A stretch of DNA of 64,000 bases from Chiloscyllium plagiosum (lineage: Eukaryota), in contig NC_057720.1 of assembly GCF_004010195.1 (NCBI RefSeq), positions 5,413,241-5,477,240 of the forward strand. The letters run 5' to 3'. Positions 50,830 to 62,665 of the stretch are shown one piece after another. The position numbers and the translations under genes were made by a program. The notes beneath the pieces were generated by a model, which saw only the letters and a program-made list of their open reading frames with translations, did no database searches and was not told the origin of the DNA. Each line of letters opens with the position of its first letter. The stretch's first letter is position 1.

Positions 50830-51952
50830 TTGGACTGGGGTGGACAAAATCAGAAGTCACACAGCACCAGGTTAAAGTCCAACCGGTTTATTTGAAATCA
50901 CAAGTTTTCGGAGCAGTGCCCCTCCATCAGGTGAAGTGGAAGGAGACACAGAGACACAGAATATATAGGCAGAGAGATAATGGCAAGATAATTTAAGGTA
51001 AACAAAAGTGTCAACGATATTACGAACAGTGTGAGTAGACTGTTGACAGGCTGAAAAACAAGTCTTTGCAGGTGATCAAAAGTAAAAAGGGAAAAACAAT
51101 GACTGCAGATGCTGGAAACCAGAGTTTAGATTAGAGTGGTGCTGGAAAAGCACAGCAGTTCCGGCAGCATCCGAGGAGCAGTAAAATCCCTTATGAAGGG
51201 CTTTTGCCCGAAACGTCGATTTTACTGCTCCTCAGATGCTGCCTGAACTGCTGTGCTAATCTAAACACAGGTGACCAAAAGTGTCAAACAGTGTAAGGTG
51301 TCAATAGCTGAATAAGAATTGAGGGAGTGACCTGTGAACCTATTAATTAAAGCAGAGAAATAAATGCAAATTATCAAAAGTAATGTGGTGCTAGAGAGAA
51401 ACCAATTGGTTGTAATGACGTGAGTAGATATCAGAATCAACACAGACTTCTGTGTCTTATGATTCTGCTCCTAACCACCTGATGAAGGAGCAGCGCTCCG
51501 AAAGTTAGTGCTTCCAAATAAACCTGTTGGACTATAACCTGGTGTTGTGTGATTTCAAAATGACTTTTGTTAGACTCTCGTCATGTGACTCTGATACCTA
51601 CTCATGAGGTTCCAGAAAGTTTTTTTTTGTCTTGCACCATCTTACTTTTGATTATTTGTAAATATCTCTCTGCTTTAATTAATCAGTTGACAGGTCATCT
51701 CTTTACTTGTTATTCAGTTGTTGACACTTTACTCACACCGTTTGCATTAATCTGTTAACCCTGCGAAGACTTGTTATTCAGTCTGCATACAGACTCACAC
51801 TGTTTGTACTATCTTTTGACACTCTTAATTACCTGGAATTATCTTGCCATTATCTCTCCGCCTATATTTTCTGTGCCTGTGTGTCTCTCTTCACTTTACC
51901 TGACAAAGGAGCTGTGCTTTAGCCTGGTGTCAGGTAACTTCTGACTTTGTCC
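50830..51952. mobile_element. Large inverted-repeat Penelope (family 3) relic with a nested family-1 hairpin (51083-51267)
   Basis: 50841-51441 is the diverged reverse complement of 51583-51952. Confidence 0.75.
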
Positions 51953-52794
51953 ATGTTCCAAGGAAGACAGTCCCAGTTTCTCCAGGGTCTCCACATAACT
52001 TGCAAGCATTTTCATTGAAACTGCAAAATTTGCAATGTCATAATAAGATAACTGAAGGTTTGGAGATCAGAGATATTTTGGAGTGTGAATCAGAGTTGAT
52101 AGGCAATTAAATCAAGTTCTTTGTCTCAAATGTTGATCACATTTTGTGTGGTTCGGTGTGGGTTGGAGGCATTTACTGTTTTTCTTCTGCTTTGGTTGTA
52201 TCAGCCTCACAGGCAACATCTATCACCAAGTTCAAAAATGCAAACACTCACTGACCCTGTCATAACCTACTGTTGTGGTAGTTATCGTAATAGTGAGAAT
52301 AAAAATCTGTTAATTGTAAGGACTGTATATCTCTCATTTTAAATATAAATTGTAAAAAGGAAGTTTGGTGTGCTGGGGGAAGGACAACTTATTTTTATCA
52401 CTCACAGCAAAAGTGGAATTGTGTAATGTTCATTCATCATATAGACAAGAGCAGGCAATGTTTGGATTTGATAATTCTGTGAGACTATCTGGCACCAGAT
52501 GGCTTTTCATTGAAAAAAACGAAGAAAATGCCCAGCACCAGCTCTTGGGTTGGTTTTGTTGTCACTGAACAGAGAGAAGAGAAAACAGCTGGGCTTTTAG
52601 ACTTCAAGGAAGTTACAGATAACAGGTAACGTGCATTCCCTCGATCTCGATCTCTCTCTCTCCCTCTTCCTTTGTGAGTGAAGAAGCAATAAATCCTGTG
52701 GAGTTCCCATCAGAAGAATGTGATTATACTAGAGAGGGTGCAGGATGGATTCACCAGGATGTTGTCTGGGTTGGAGCAATTCAGCAATGAAGAA

Positions 52795-55577
52795 CATAGA
52801 ACTTAAGAACTAGGAGCAGGAGTAGGCCATCTGACCCTTTGAGCCTGCTCTGCCATTCAGTAAGATCGTGACTGATATCTCTTCATGGCCTCAGCTCCAC
52901 TTACCCGGCCTCTCACCATAACCCTTAATTTCTTTACTGTTCAAAAATCTATCTTTGCCTTAAAAATATTCACTGAAGTAGCATCAAAAACTTCACTGGC
53001 AGAGAATTCCACAGGTTCACAACCCTCTGGGTGAAGAAGTTCCTTCTCAATTCACTCCTAAATCTGCTCCCCCTAATTTTGTGGCTACGCCCTCTTGTCC
53101 TAGTTTTACTGCTAGAGGAAGCATCTTCTCTACTTCTATCTTATTTATTCCCTTTATAATTTTATATGTTTCTATATGATCACCTCCATTCTTCTAAATT
53201 CCAGTGAATATAATCCCAGTCTACTCAGTCTTTCCTCATAAGCCAATCCCCACAACTCTGGAATCAACCCAGTGACCCTCCTCTGCACCCCCTCCAGTGC
53301 CAGTACATCCTTCCTCAAGTAAGGAGACCAAAACTGCACTCAGTACCCCAGGTGTGGCCTCATCAGCACCTTGTACAGCTGCAACATAATCTCTCTGCTT
53401 TTAAACTCAATCCCTTCAGCAATGAAGGACAAAATTCTATTGACCTTCCTAATGACCTGTTGTACCTGCAGACCAACCTTCTGTGATTCATGCACAAGGA
53501 CACCCAGGTCCCTCTGCACAGCAGCATGCTGCAACTTTTTATCATTCAAGTAATAGTTCTTTTTACTGTTACTCCTACCAAAATAGATGACTTCACATTT
53601 ATTAACATTGTACTCCATCTGCCAGATCTTTGCCCACTCACTTAAAGTAACTAAGGGGATTCATGAGGGCAGAACGAAAGACATGATCCATATGGACTTC
53701 AGTCAGGCATTTGATAAGGTTCCTCATGGGAGACTGGTTAGCAAGGTTAGTTCTCATGGAATACAGGGAGAACGAGCCATTTGGTTACAGACTTGGCTCA
53801 AAGGTAGAAGACAGAGAGTGGAGACTGGAGGCTTGTGACCAGTGGAGTGTCACTAGGATCAGTGCTCGGTCCACTACTTTTCATCATTTATATAAATGGT
53901 TTGAATGTGAGCATAGGAGATATAGTTAGTAGGTTTGCAGATGACACCAAAGTTGGAGGTACAGTGGACAGTGAAGAAGGTTACCTCAGATTACAATGGG
54001 ATTTTGATCAGATGGGTCAATGGACTGAGGAGTGGCAGGTGGAGTTGAATTTAGGTAAATGCAAGGTGCTGCAAAGCAAGTAAGAGCGTAACTTATACTC
54101 TTAATGGTAAGGTCCTGGAGAGTGTTGCTGAACAAAGAGACCTTGGAGTGCAGGTTCGTAGTTCCTTGAAAATAGAGTCGCAAGTAGATAGGATAGTGAA
54201 GAAGCCATTTGGTATGTTTTCCTTTATTGGTCAGAGTATTGAGTACAGGAGTTGGGAGGGTCATGTTGCGGCTGTACAGGACATTGGTTAGGCTACTTTT
54301 GGAATATTGCGTGCAATTTTGGTCTCCTTCCTATCGGAAAGATGTTGTGAAACTTGGAAGGGTTCAGAAAAGATTTACAAGAATGTTGCCAGGGTTGGAG
54401 GATTTGAGCTTTAGGGAGAGGCTGAACAGGCTGGGGCTGTTTTCCTTGGAGCGTCGGAGGCTGAGGGCTGACTTCATAGAGGCTTACAAAAAACATGAGG
54501 GGCATGGATAGGATAAATAGACAAGATATTTTCCCTGTAGTGGGACAGTGAGACAGAGAGGGCATAGGGTGAGAGGGGTAAGATATAAAAGGGACCTAAG
54601 GGGCAACGTTCTTACACAGGTACTGGTGTATATGTGGAATGAGCTGCCAGAGGAAGTGGTGGAGGTTGGTACAATTACAGCATTTAAAAGGCATCTGGAT
54701 GGGTTTATGAATAGGAAGGGTTTAGAGGGATATGGGCCAAATGCTGTCAAATGGGATTCGATTAGGTTAGAATATCTGGGCGGCATGGACAAGTTGGACC
54801 GAAGGGTCTGTTTCGGTGCTGTACATCTCTAACACTCAATGACTCTATGTTCCTCTGCAAAGTTTCACAGTTCTCTGCACACTTTGCTCTGCCACTCATC
54901 TTAGTGTCATCTGCAAACTTTGGCATAGTACATGAGACCCCCAATTCCAATTCAGTTATATAAATTGTGAATAATTGTGGTCCCAACACTAATTCCTGAG
55001 GCATACCACTAGTTACTGATTGCCAACCAGAATAGCACTCATTTATTCCCATTGTTTGCTTCCTGTTAGTCAACCAATCATCTCTCCATGCTAATACTTT
55101 ACCCATAATGCCATGCATCTTTATCGAATGCAGCAGCCTCTTGTGCAGTACCTTGCTGAATGCCTTTGGAAACCTAGGTACACCACACCTACTGGGTCCC
55201 CATTTTCCACCCATTGTGCTCGTAATGTCTTCATTGAATTCCAAAGGATTATTTAAGCATAACCTGCCCTTTATGAACCCATGCTGCATCTGCCCAACAG
55301 GACAATTTCTATCAAGATGCCTTGCTATTTTTTTCCTTGATAATAGACTCAAGCATACAGAAGTTAAGCTAACCGGTCTATAATTTCCCATCTTTTGTCT
55401 AATGCCCTTTTAAACACTGGTATTATGTTTACTGTATTCTAATCTGCTGGAACTGCCCCAGAGTTCAGTGAATTTTAGAAAATTACCGCAAGTGTACTTG
55501 TTATTTCTCCCATCATCTCTTTTAGTACCCTGGGATGCATTCCATCAGGGCCAGGAGACTTGGCTATTCTTAGCTCC
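52795..55577 (-). mobile_element. CR1 LINE RT to 3' end, interrupted by an opposite-strand CR1
   Basis: GNYRPVSLTS...QHGFIKGR...KFADDTK (54762-55391), continuing as MEYNVNKCEVIYFG (53340-53618). Confidence 0.9.
53647..54830 (+). mobile_element. CR1 (HER1-like) RT to 3'UTR, nested
   Basis: MDFSQAFDKVPHGRL, RFADDTK and [10 protein letters not shown]. Confidence 0.92.
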
Positions 55578-56964
55578 AGGACGAGAGACCAGGTAGACTG
55601 GGGTTATTTCCCTTAGGGCAGAACATGCTCATTGGGGACCTGATTGAGGACTGAGGAGCAAAGACAGGGTAGATGGGAAGAAACCTTTTCCCTTAGTAGA
55701 AGGTTTACTAATCGGAAGATCCAGTTTTAAGTAAGATGTTTAGAGATTTGAGGGAAAACATTTTCACTCAGACACCATTGGAGATGTAGATCTCACTACC
55801 TGAATGATTGGTAGAATCAAGAATTATCAAGATATTGAAGAAATATTTAGATGAAACAGTACCACACCAGGGTTACAGGCAAAGTGCTGGAAAATGGAAC
55901 TAGAGCCGAGCAGGGTAGGGAGGGGTGTAGTTGGTGACCAGCACAGACATAACAGGCTGAGAGACTTTTTCTTTGCTGTAAAATCCCCTCTGACTCTAAG
56001 TCTCAAAGGCTCTGTAAAGAGAAATAAAAGGTCTGCAATCTTAAACCAAGACCTAGGTCCAACTGACCAGAGATTAGAAGCTTGTTGAAATCAAAATGAG
56101 AAGAGTGTAACTTTGACCAACCCATTTAGTTTGAAGGCAAAACTAAGTCAAACTGTCCCCATGTACTTCCTGCTGAATGTACAGGGTAGAGGTGGAGGGA
56201 GAGAGGGGCAGGGGGTGTGTGAAGGCTGCCAGCATTGCTTGGCTATTGCTCTTTTAACAGTATTTAGGTTTTAATGGGATTTATGGTTCGAAGGCATTGT
56301 GGACCCCTTTTGTGGTCCAGGCTGGGACAGAATGGCTTGCTTGGCAATTTCAGAGGCCAATTAAGAGTTACCCAAATTGGCTGTGGGTCAGGAGACATGT
56401 AATTCAGGTCAGCTGAGGATGGCAGATTTCCTTCACTAAAGGAGATTAATGAACAAGATGGGGTTTTGCAATGATTAGCAATGGTTCTGGAATTCTTGAT
56501 TCATTTATTCAATGAATTTAAATTCTATATGTCCAGAACTTTAACCTAGGCCTTTTAGGATTACTGGTGCAGTGACATTACCTAGTGTCACTTTTTCCCC
56601 TCAAATATGCTCAAAGATTGAGCTTCAACAGCACTCTGGGTTAGATCCATCAGCCTCTGAGTAAATTAAAATGAGATTTCTCTCAGTCCTTACTGCATCC
56701 CTGTTATTTTTCCATTGTATCGCTCACACTCAGTGCCATTTAGTGCCCACTTCCAAATCATTGAGAGAGACTGTGAATAGCTGGGGTGATGTCAGAGTGA
56801 CCCATTTATTCCTGTACTCTCTGTTTTCTCTTTGTTTTCCACAGTCTATACCCTTTGTCCCTCACTCCACCATCTCCCTTACTTATTCTACCCCTCGTTC
56901 ATTCCACACCTTCTCTCATTCTACCATGTAACCCAATCCATTGCCCCCTCCCTCCACCCTCCTT

Positions 56965-57080
56965 CACTCTACTCCCTCTCACTCCATCCCCTCTCACTCC
57001 ATCCCCTCTCACTCCATCCCTCTCTCTCACTCCATCCCCCCCTCTCACTCCATCTCCCTCCTTCACTCTACCCCTCCCCT
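56965..57080 (+). repeat. Pyrimidine-rich 15-mer minisatellite (CCCTCTCACTCCATC)n
   Basis: About 6 imperfect units. Confidence 0.9.
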
Positions 57081-57964
57081 TCAGTTTTGTGACATTCTGA
57101 CTGAAGTTCAGTGACCTCCCTCATACCGAGCACTGCCAGCTTGCTGTCACTGTGTTACATGCCCACTCTACACCGTGTCACTGAGTTGCAGAATCAGACC
57201 CTATGACTCAGTGAGCACTGGCCAGTCCAAAGTAAAATAATCGGGAGCAATTTAGTGAATTTTCTCCTTTCTCCTTTGTATTTTTATACTCGCTGATCGA
57301 GTGTTTGTTTTCATAAATCCTAAGTCGATCTTCCTTGGAACCAAAGGCATTCATTTCTCCAGATATTGTTTGTTTAACTCTCCTCTTCTGGACTGGTTGC
57401 TGATTTATAAATGTTCAAATTCACTTGCCCAGCTAGAAGTAAAGTTTGCTGCATTTTTCAAAACATAAGAACCATGGAGGATTTAAGACAAGGACTAATG
57501 ATCTCCAGTGGGTCCCGTTTACAAATTATGTTAGAGCCATGGGGATGAGGTGGTGACAGAGTGGGAATCCAGAGTCCCAGGCTATTGTCTTTGTTTCTAA
57601 TTACACCAGAGGAGATAAAAATTCAAATTCAATGAAAATCTGGAATTATAAAAGTTATCCCAGTGGCAGCCATGTAAATATTGTAGTACAATCCCATCTG
57701 GTTCACTAATGTGCTTGAGGGAAGGAAATCTGCTGTCCTTATCTGGTATGACCTCCACAGAACTCCATACTCACGGCAATTGGGTTGACTCTTAATTACC
57801 CTCTGGGCAATTAAGGATGGGAAATCAATGGTCGGTGATCCTGTGAATGAATTTAAAAAGTGTAACCTCTGCTCAGATGGATCTATAGCTCTGGCAGGGT
57901 ATCCGATATATATAGCACAGCGATGTTCTCTGTGGTTTGGCCAGGAAACTTTAAGGACCAACGG

Positions 57965-58065
57965 TAAATGTAGGGGTCTGGGTGGGTTGCGCTTCGGCGG
58001 GTCGGTGTGAACTTGTTGGGCCGAAGGGCCTGTTTCCACACTGTAATGTAATCTAATCTAATCTA
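57965..58065 (+). mobile_element. HE1 SINE 3' tail
   Basis: GGGTTGCGCTTCGGCGGGTCGG...(AATCT)n. Confidence 0.85.
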
Positions 58066-58454
58066 AAGTGTCTAATCATTCCCAGTGAAAGGATAGACGT
58101 GTAAGTTTTCTAAATTCCACAAGTATTTTAAAGAAAGGTGTGCACTGTCAAAACTTTTGGTGCACTTTTTGAGTAATATAAATCAGCCTGGTTTTGCTGT
58201 CAGGAAACTGACTGTTTACAGAACATATCCAAGCTATTTTCCGAGGGAAATAGGGTTTGGAGAAGGTACTGAAAGATCCCTGACAATTTTCCGAGTTTGA
58301 GGCACGTCACTTACATAGATCCATTGGAAAAGTTGGAGTGAAAGTTGAGGTGAGATTTGATCAAAGTCTGAGCAGCGTAGATTAGGAGAAGCTCTTCCCA
58401 TTGATGGGCGGAATGGGAGGGCAGAGATTTAAGTTGGTTTTTCTTTCTAAATTT

Positions 58455-58776
58455 ACAGAATGAGAGCGTTGTTGGCCAGGCCAGCATTTATTATCCATCC
58501 CTAATAGCCCAAGAGGGCAGTAAGAGTCAATCACATTGCTTTGGGTCTGGAGTCACGTGTAGGCCAGACCAGGTACGTTTGGCAGTTTCCTTTCCCTAAG
58601 GGCATTGGCAAACCATCAACAATGGGTTCATAGTCATCATTAGGTCCTTACTTCCAGATTTTATTGGGTTCAAATTACACCATCTGCCATGAGAGGATTT
58701 GAACCCAGGTCTCTGGATTGTAGCCTAGCAATAATTCTACTATGCCATTGCCTCCCCTTGGCAAAAGAAGTAATGG
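58455..58776 (-). mobile_element. tRNA-derived SINE sharing its tail with the second CR1-group family (relatives at about 56330-56590 minus, 57640-57850 plus)
   Basis: Reverse complement shows TGGCATAGTAG (A box), GGTTCAAATCC (B box) and the tail TAGGGATGGATAATAAATGCTGGCC. Nested in a CR1 fragment. Confidence 0.7.
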
Positions 58777-59114
58777 GAACATGAGGGGAAATGTTTTCAT
58801 GCAGCGTATGTTTAAGGTCTGGCGTGTGCTGCCTGAGATTACAGTCGATGCAGGTTTAATCAAGGCTTTCAAGAGAAAATTAGATTATTATGTACAGATG
58901 AATAATATGCAGGATTGAAGGCGAGAAGGCAGGAGTGTGGCATTTGATGAATTACTCATTGGGTGAGTCAGTGCTATCATGATGGGCCAAGTGGCCACCT
59001 CTTCACTGTAATAATTGGGTGCTGTCCAATTCTGAGCATACAAACAATCTCTGGCATTTTACCCAACCCTGACCTACACTAATACAGATATCAGACATCT
59101 GTCTGTTAAAAACA

Positions 59115-59420
59115 AGAGGTTTTACGTGACATTTGGACAGTTCAAAGCACTTGGCTGTCAATGAAATACTTTTCTTAAAAGTGTAGTCTGACAAAATGAC
59201 TGGTTGGCCTGTTCTTTTGGTGATGTTGTCTGAGGCACAAAGGCCAGGGTGGGGCCAGGACTAGCTCTCCAGCTCTTCGCTGAAAAATCACCATTTTAAC
59301 TTTTATATTCTGCCTGAACAGGTCGATGCAGCCCGGTTTAATATCTCTCCTGAAAGACAGCACCTCCAACACAGTAGCACTCCCTCAGTACTTATGCTGG
59401 AATGTCAGCTTGCTTTTGCT
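59115..59420 (-). mobile_element. DeuSINE (SacSINE1/AmnSINE1-like), decayed
   Basis: Reverse complement GTACTGAGGGAGTGCT...GGAGGTGCTGTCTTTCAGGAGAGATATTAAACCG resembles the Deu-SINE consensus as I recall it. Confidence 0.65.
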
Positions 59421-60413
59421 GAGGAACTTGCCATTTACAGGATATTAAAGGTACTACTGTGCTGCTGCTCTGTTTTCCTGTGCTGGAGTGTACCAGGAGA
59501 TAATGAGGGTATGGTGAGGGTAAATAGGGGAGTGCATGTTAGTGGGAGGTATAATGAGTGGCTGGCAGGCAGGAAACCATCCTCTGTCTGTGCCCTGCCT
59601 TGTGTGAGTTAGAATTGAGAATGTATATGGGCAACTGTTCTGATAACTCCTGCTTGATGCTAATGACCAATGGCCATTGACATTGTTGCTTCAAAGTCGT
59701 TTGCCTTCTCCATGGCAGCACCTCTACCAATCAGTGTCCACTTGCCACCCAATCAACACTCTCCACTCAAACAGTATTAATGTTGATTTTCCTCTGACAT
59801 TGATATTCTTGCAAAGTGTCCTGATGACTGCAAATTTGAATAACTTCAGCAAAATGTGCCTTTTATCAAGTGGTTTGTGTTGGGCTCGTGCCTCAGGGTT
59901 CAATGCTGCACATTAGAGAGAAAGCCACCTTTGTGTCTGCTCAAATGGTTTCCTTCCACACTGGCGTCGGACCTGAGTGGATTCTCCATAGACTGTTATT
60001 AGCACCCTTGTATGTGACACAGTTCTCTGACAGTATGTTTGTCACTATTTCAGACAATTCCATCCTTTCTTTACAGCCTCTTACACATCGCTGCTGATGA
60101 CACTGTTGTAAACTGATACATATCACCATTTGATGAGCAAATCCATTCTCATTATCCCACACAAAGCTCCTTCTGATCTGGGTCTCCATTACACCAAGGG
60201 CATCCCCACCCCCACCCCTCCTTCGACCAGAGCCCCAGCTATTCCCAGCTCTGCAGCAAAATGGCTGATGCCACAAAATTGCTGAGTCATCAGGGTTTCT
60301 CCCTCCAGCAGAGACTCGGTCTCTCCCTTTCTCCCTCACCTCCTCTCTCTTTCGCTCCCCCTCTCCCACCCTGCACCCACCCTTGACTGTCAGTCTCTCT
60401 CTTCCTCCTCCCT

Positions 60414-60624
60414 NNNNNNNNNNNNNNNNNNNNNNNNNNNNNNNNNNNNNNNNNNNNNNNNNNNNNNNNNNNNNNNNNNNNNNNNNNNNNNNNNNNNNNN
60501 NNNNNNNNNNNNNNNNNNNNNNNNNNNNNNNNNNNNNNNNNNNNNNNNNNNNNNNNNNNNNNNNNNNNNNNNNNNNNNNNNNNNNNNNNNNNNNNNNNNN
60601 NNNNNNNNNNNNNNNNNNNNNNNN
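60414..60624. other. Assembly gap (211 N) in a CT-rich simple repeat
   Basis: Run of N. Confidence 1.
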
Positions 60625-62182
60625 TCTCTCTCTCTCCCTCCCCCCTTCACCACTAACACCCCTGCCCCTTCTGCCTGTGCGTGAATGATGGAATTCCATC
60701 GGGAGTCTGTGCTATTGGAGATGTGATTGATGTAGATTCTGGGACATGGTTGGGAGTGAGTGGGGCTGAGCCCAGTAGCTCGCTCCTCCCAGTTTCCAGC
60801 ACAGGCCTAATTTTTTGGTCCCGTCTGGTGAAGGTGGACCAGTTACATGACTGCGCAGAATCGAAGCTTTGCTTTTACAGTTGCAGCTAGCACAGATTAA
60901 ACAAGTCACCTAACCCCAGGTTTGATGTATAAATAACCTGAAAACCTTTCATAATTACAGGGGAATCCAGCCAACAGGAACAATTCTTCATTCCTGATCA
61001 GATCTGAGTCAGAAAGAGCCAGAATTAAATGATTTGGCTCCTGGTGATTTGTGATAGCTACCTACAGTGATATATTTATTTTAGATTTACTGTCAATTTG
61101 GGAATATCCTGGATGGTCATTTGAGGTTGCTCTGCAGTGACCATTAGTGGGCAGGATGAATCCAAGTAACCGTCTGGCCAGCCCTTGGCAGTGTAGGCAC
61201 ATGTAAATGACTTAGCAACTGGGCAGAGTTAGGAGCGGGTTAAATGGGGGAGAGTGGAATCATGTGGTCTTGGTTTGGTTTGAAGGTGTCAAAGTGCCAT
61301 TAACACAAAGGAGCTTTGAAGGATTTATAACTTCCCAATCCAGGGCCTGCACACCCTGATTTGCTCCTGGCCCTGCACCTGCCTTGGGCAGCCCTGACCA
61401 TTAGTGATGATGCCACACGATTCTTGTATCGCACCAGATGTAACGGCCTTAAAGTTCAGCAAAGTTCATCCCGTTGTCTACACCAAAATCAGAAATCACT
61501 GGAGAAGCTCGGCATCTCTATGGAGAGAGAAACTGAGTTAATGTTTCAAATCCAATGACTCTTCTGGAAAACCAAAATGGTTTACACTGATTTGAAAGTG
61601 CACCCTGAAACTCTACGTTGAGGGCAGATGGACCAACTGTGATGGTAGCACCCGACACTTTGTGTACGGATCCACACACGCAGTGTTTCATGTACCCATC
61701 TGCTGCCTGGTTACTTTGCAGGAATTAGCCCTTTGCAAAGTCAGGACTATCCAATGCACAACATTTTGTTTACACTGACGTAGCACCTTTGTGATAGTAA
61801 AATGTTCCACGATGCGTGGCAGCAACATTGCCAAGCTGAATTATAGACCATGTCACAATCTTGTACCCTCTCCCTGTGGGGGAGGGGAGGGGTATTTAAT
61901 CAGATGGATGGGTGACAGTGGGGTCACTGCCCCCGTGTGATGCCGCTCTGATGGAATCCATGGGGGATGACCTGTGAATGACTTTCATGAATGTTTGAGT
62001 CTGACACCAATGTGTGCAGTGTCCCACTGAGCCCTGGGCTGAGCACAAACAGCCTTGTAGTGGATACAATGGCCTGGTTTCCATCTGCGAGCATGAACTG
62101 GAGAGGGACTTCCATTCACCTGAGTCTGGCCCTGACCCCATTTCCAAGTCAGAACCAGATGCACTTCCAACCTATTTAGAGG

Positions 62183-62254
62183 GAGAAAGAGAAAGAGAAA
62201 GAGAGAGAAAGAAAGAGAGAGAAAGAGAAAGAGAGAGAGACACACACACACACA
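62183..62254 (+). repeat. (GAAAGA)n/(GA)n/(CA)n microsatellite
   Basis: Direct reading. Confidence 0.95.
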
Positions 62255-62354
62255 AAGGCACAAAGGGACACATCCTGGGCTTTAGCAATCCCTTGTCTTA
62301 GTATTAATGCAGTGATGAGGTGGGAACTCACCATTCAGGGACCATGGCAATAAT

Positions 62355-62665
62355 AAGACCATAAGATGTAGGAGCAGATATAGGCCATTCCGCTCATCAA
62401 GTCTGCTCCACCATTCAATGACATATCGTGGCTGATCTAATAATCCTGAATTCCACTTTGCTACCTTTTCCTCATAGCCCTTGATCTCCTTACTAATTAG
62501 AAATCTGTCTCAGCCTCGAGAAAACAAAATGACCCAGCCTCAGGAGCTCTCTGCAGTAAATAATTCCACAGACTCTCCGCTCTCTGGGAGACAAAATTCC
62601 TCCTCAGCTCTGTGCTAACTGGGTGACTCCTAATACCAAGGTCTTAGACTCCCCCACAGGGGAAA
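62355..62665 (-). mobile_element. CR1 3' end
   Basis: Same tail family as 52795 and 20833. Confidence 0.75.

Noticed and set aside
60077..60330. Exon or ATG (MADATKLL...) before the gap
   Set aside because: Stops in all frames after the acceptor, no donor visible, and the ORF runs into low-complexity sequence.
59941..60699. Longest ORFs (252, 101 and 89 aa)
   Set aside because: They are artefacts of reading through the N gap and simple repeats.
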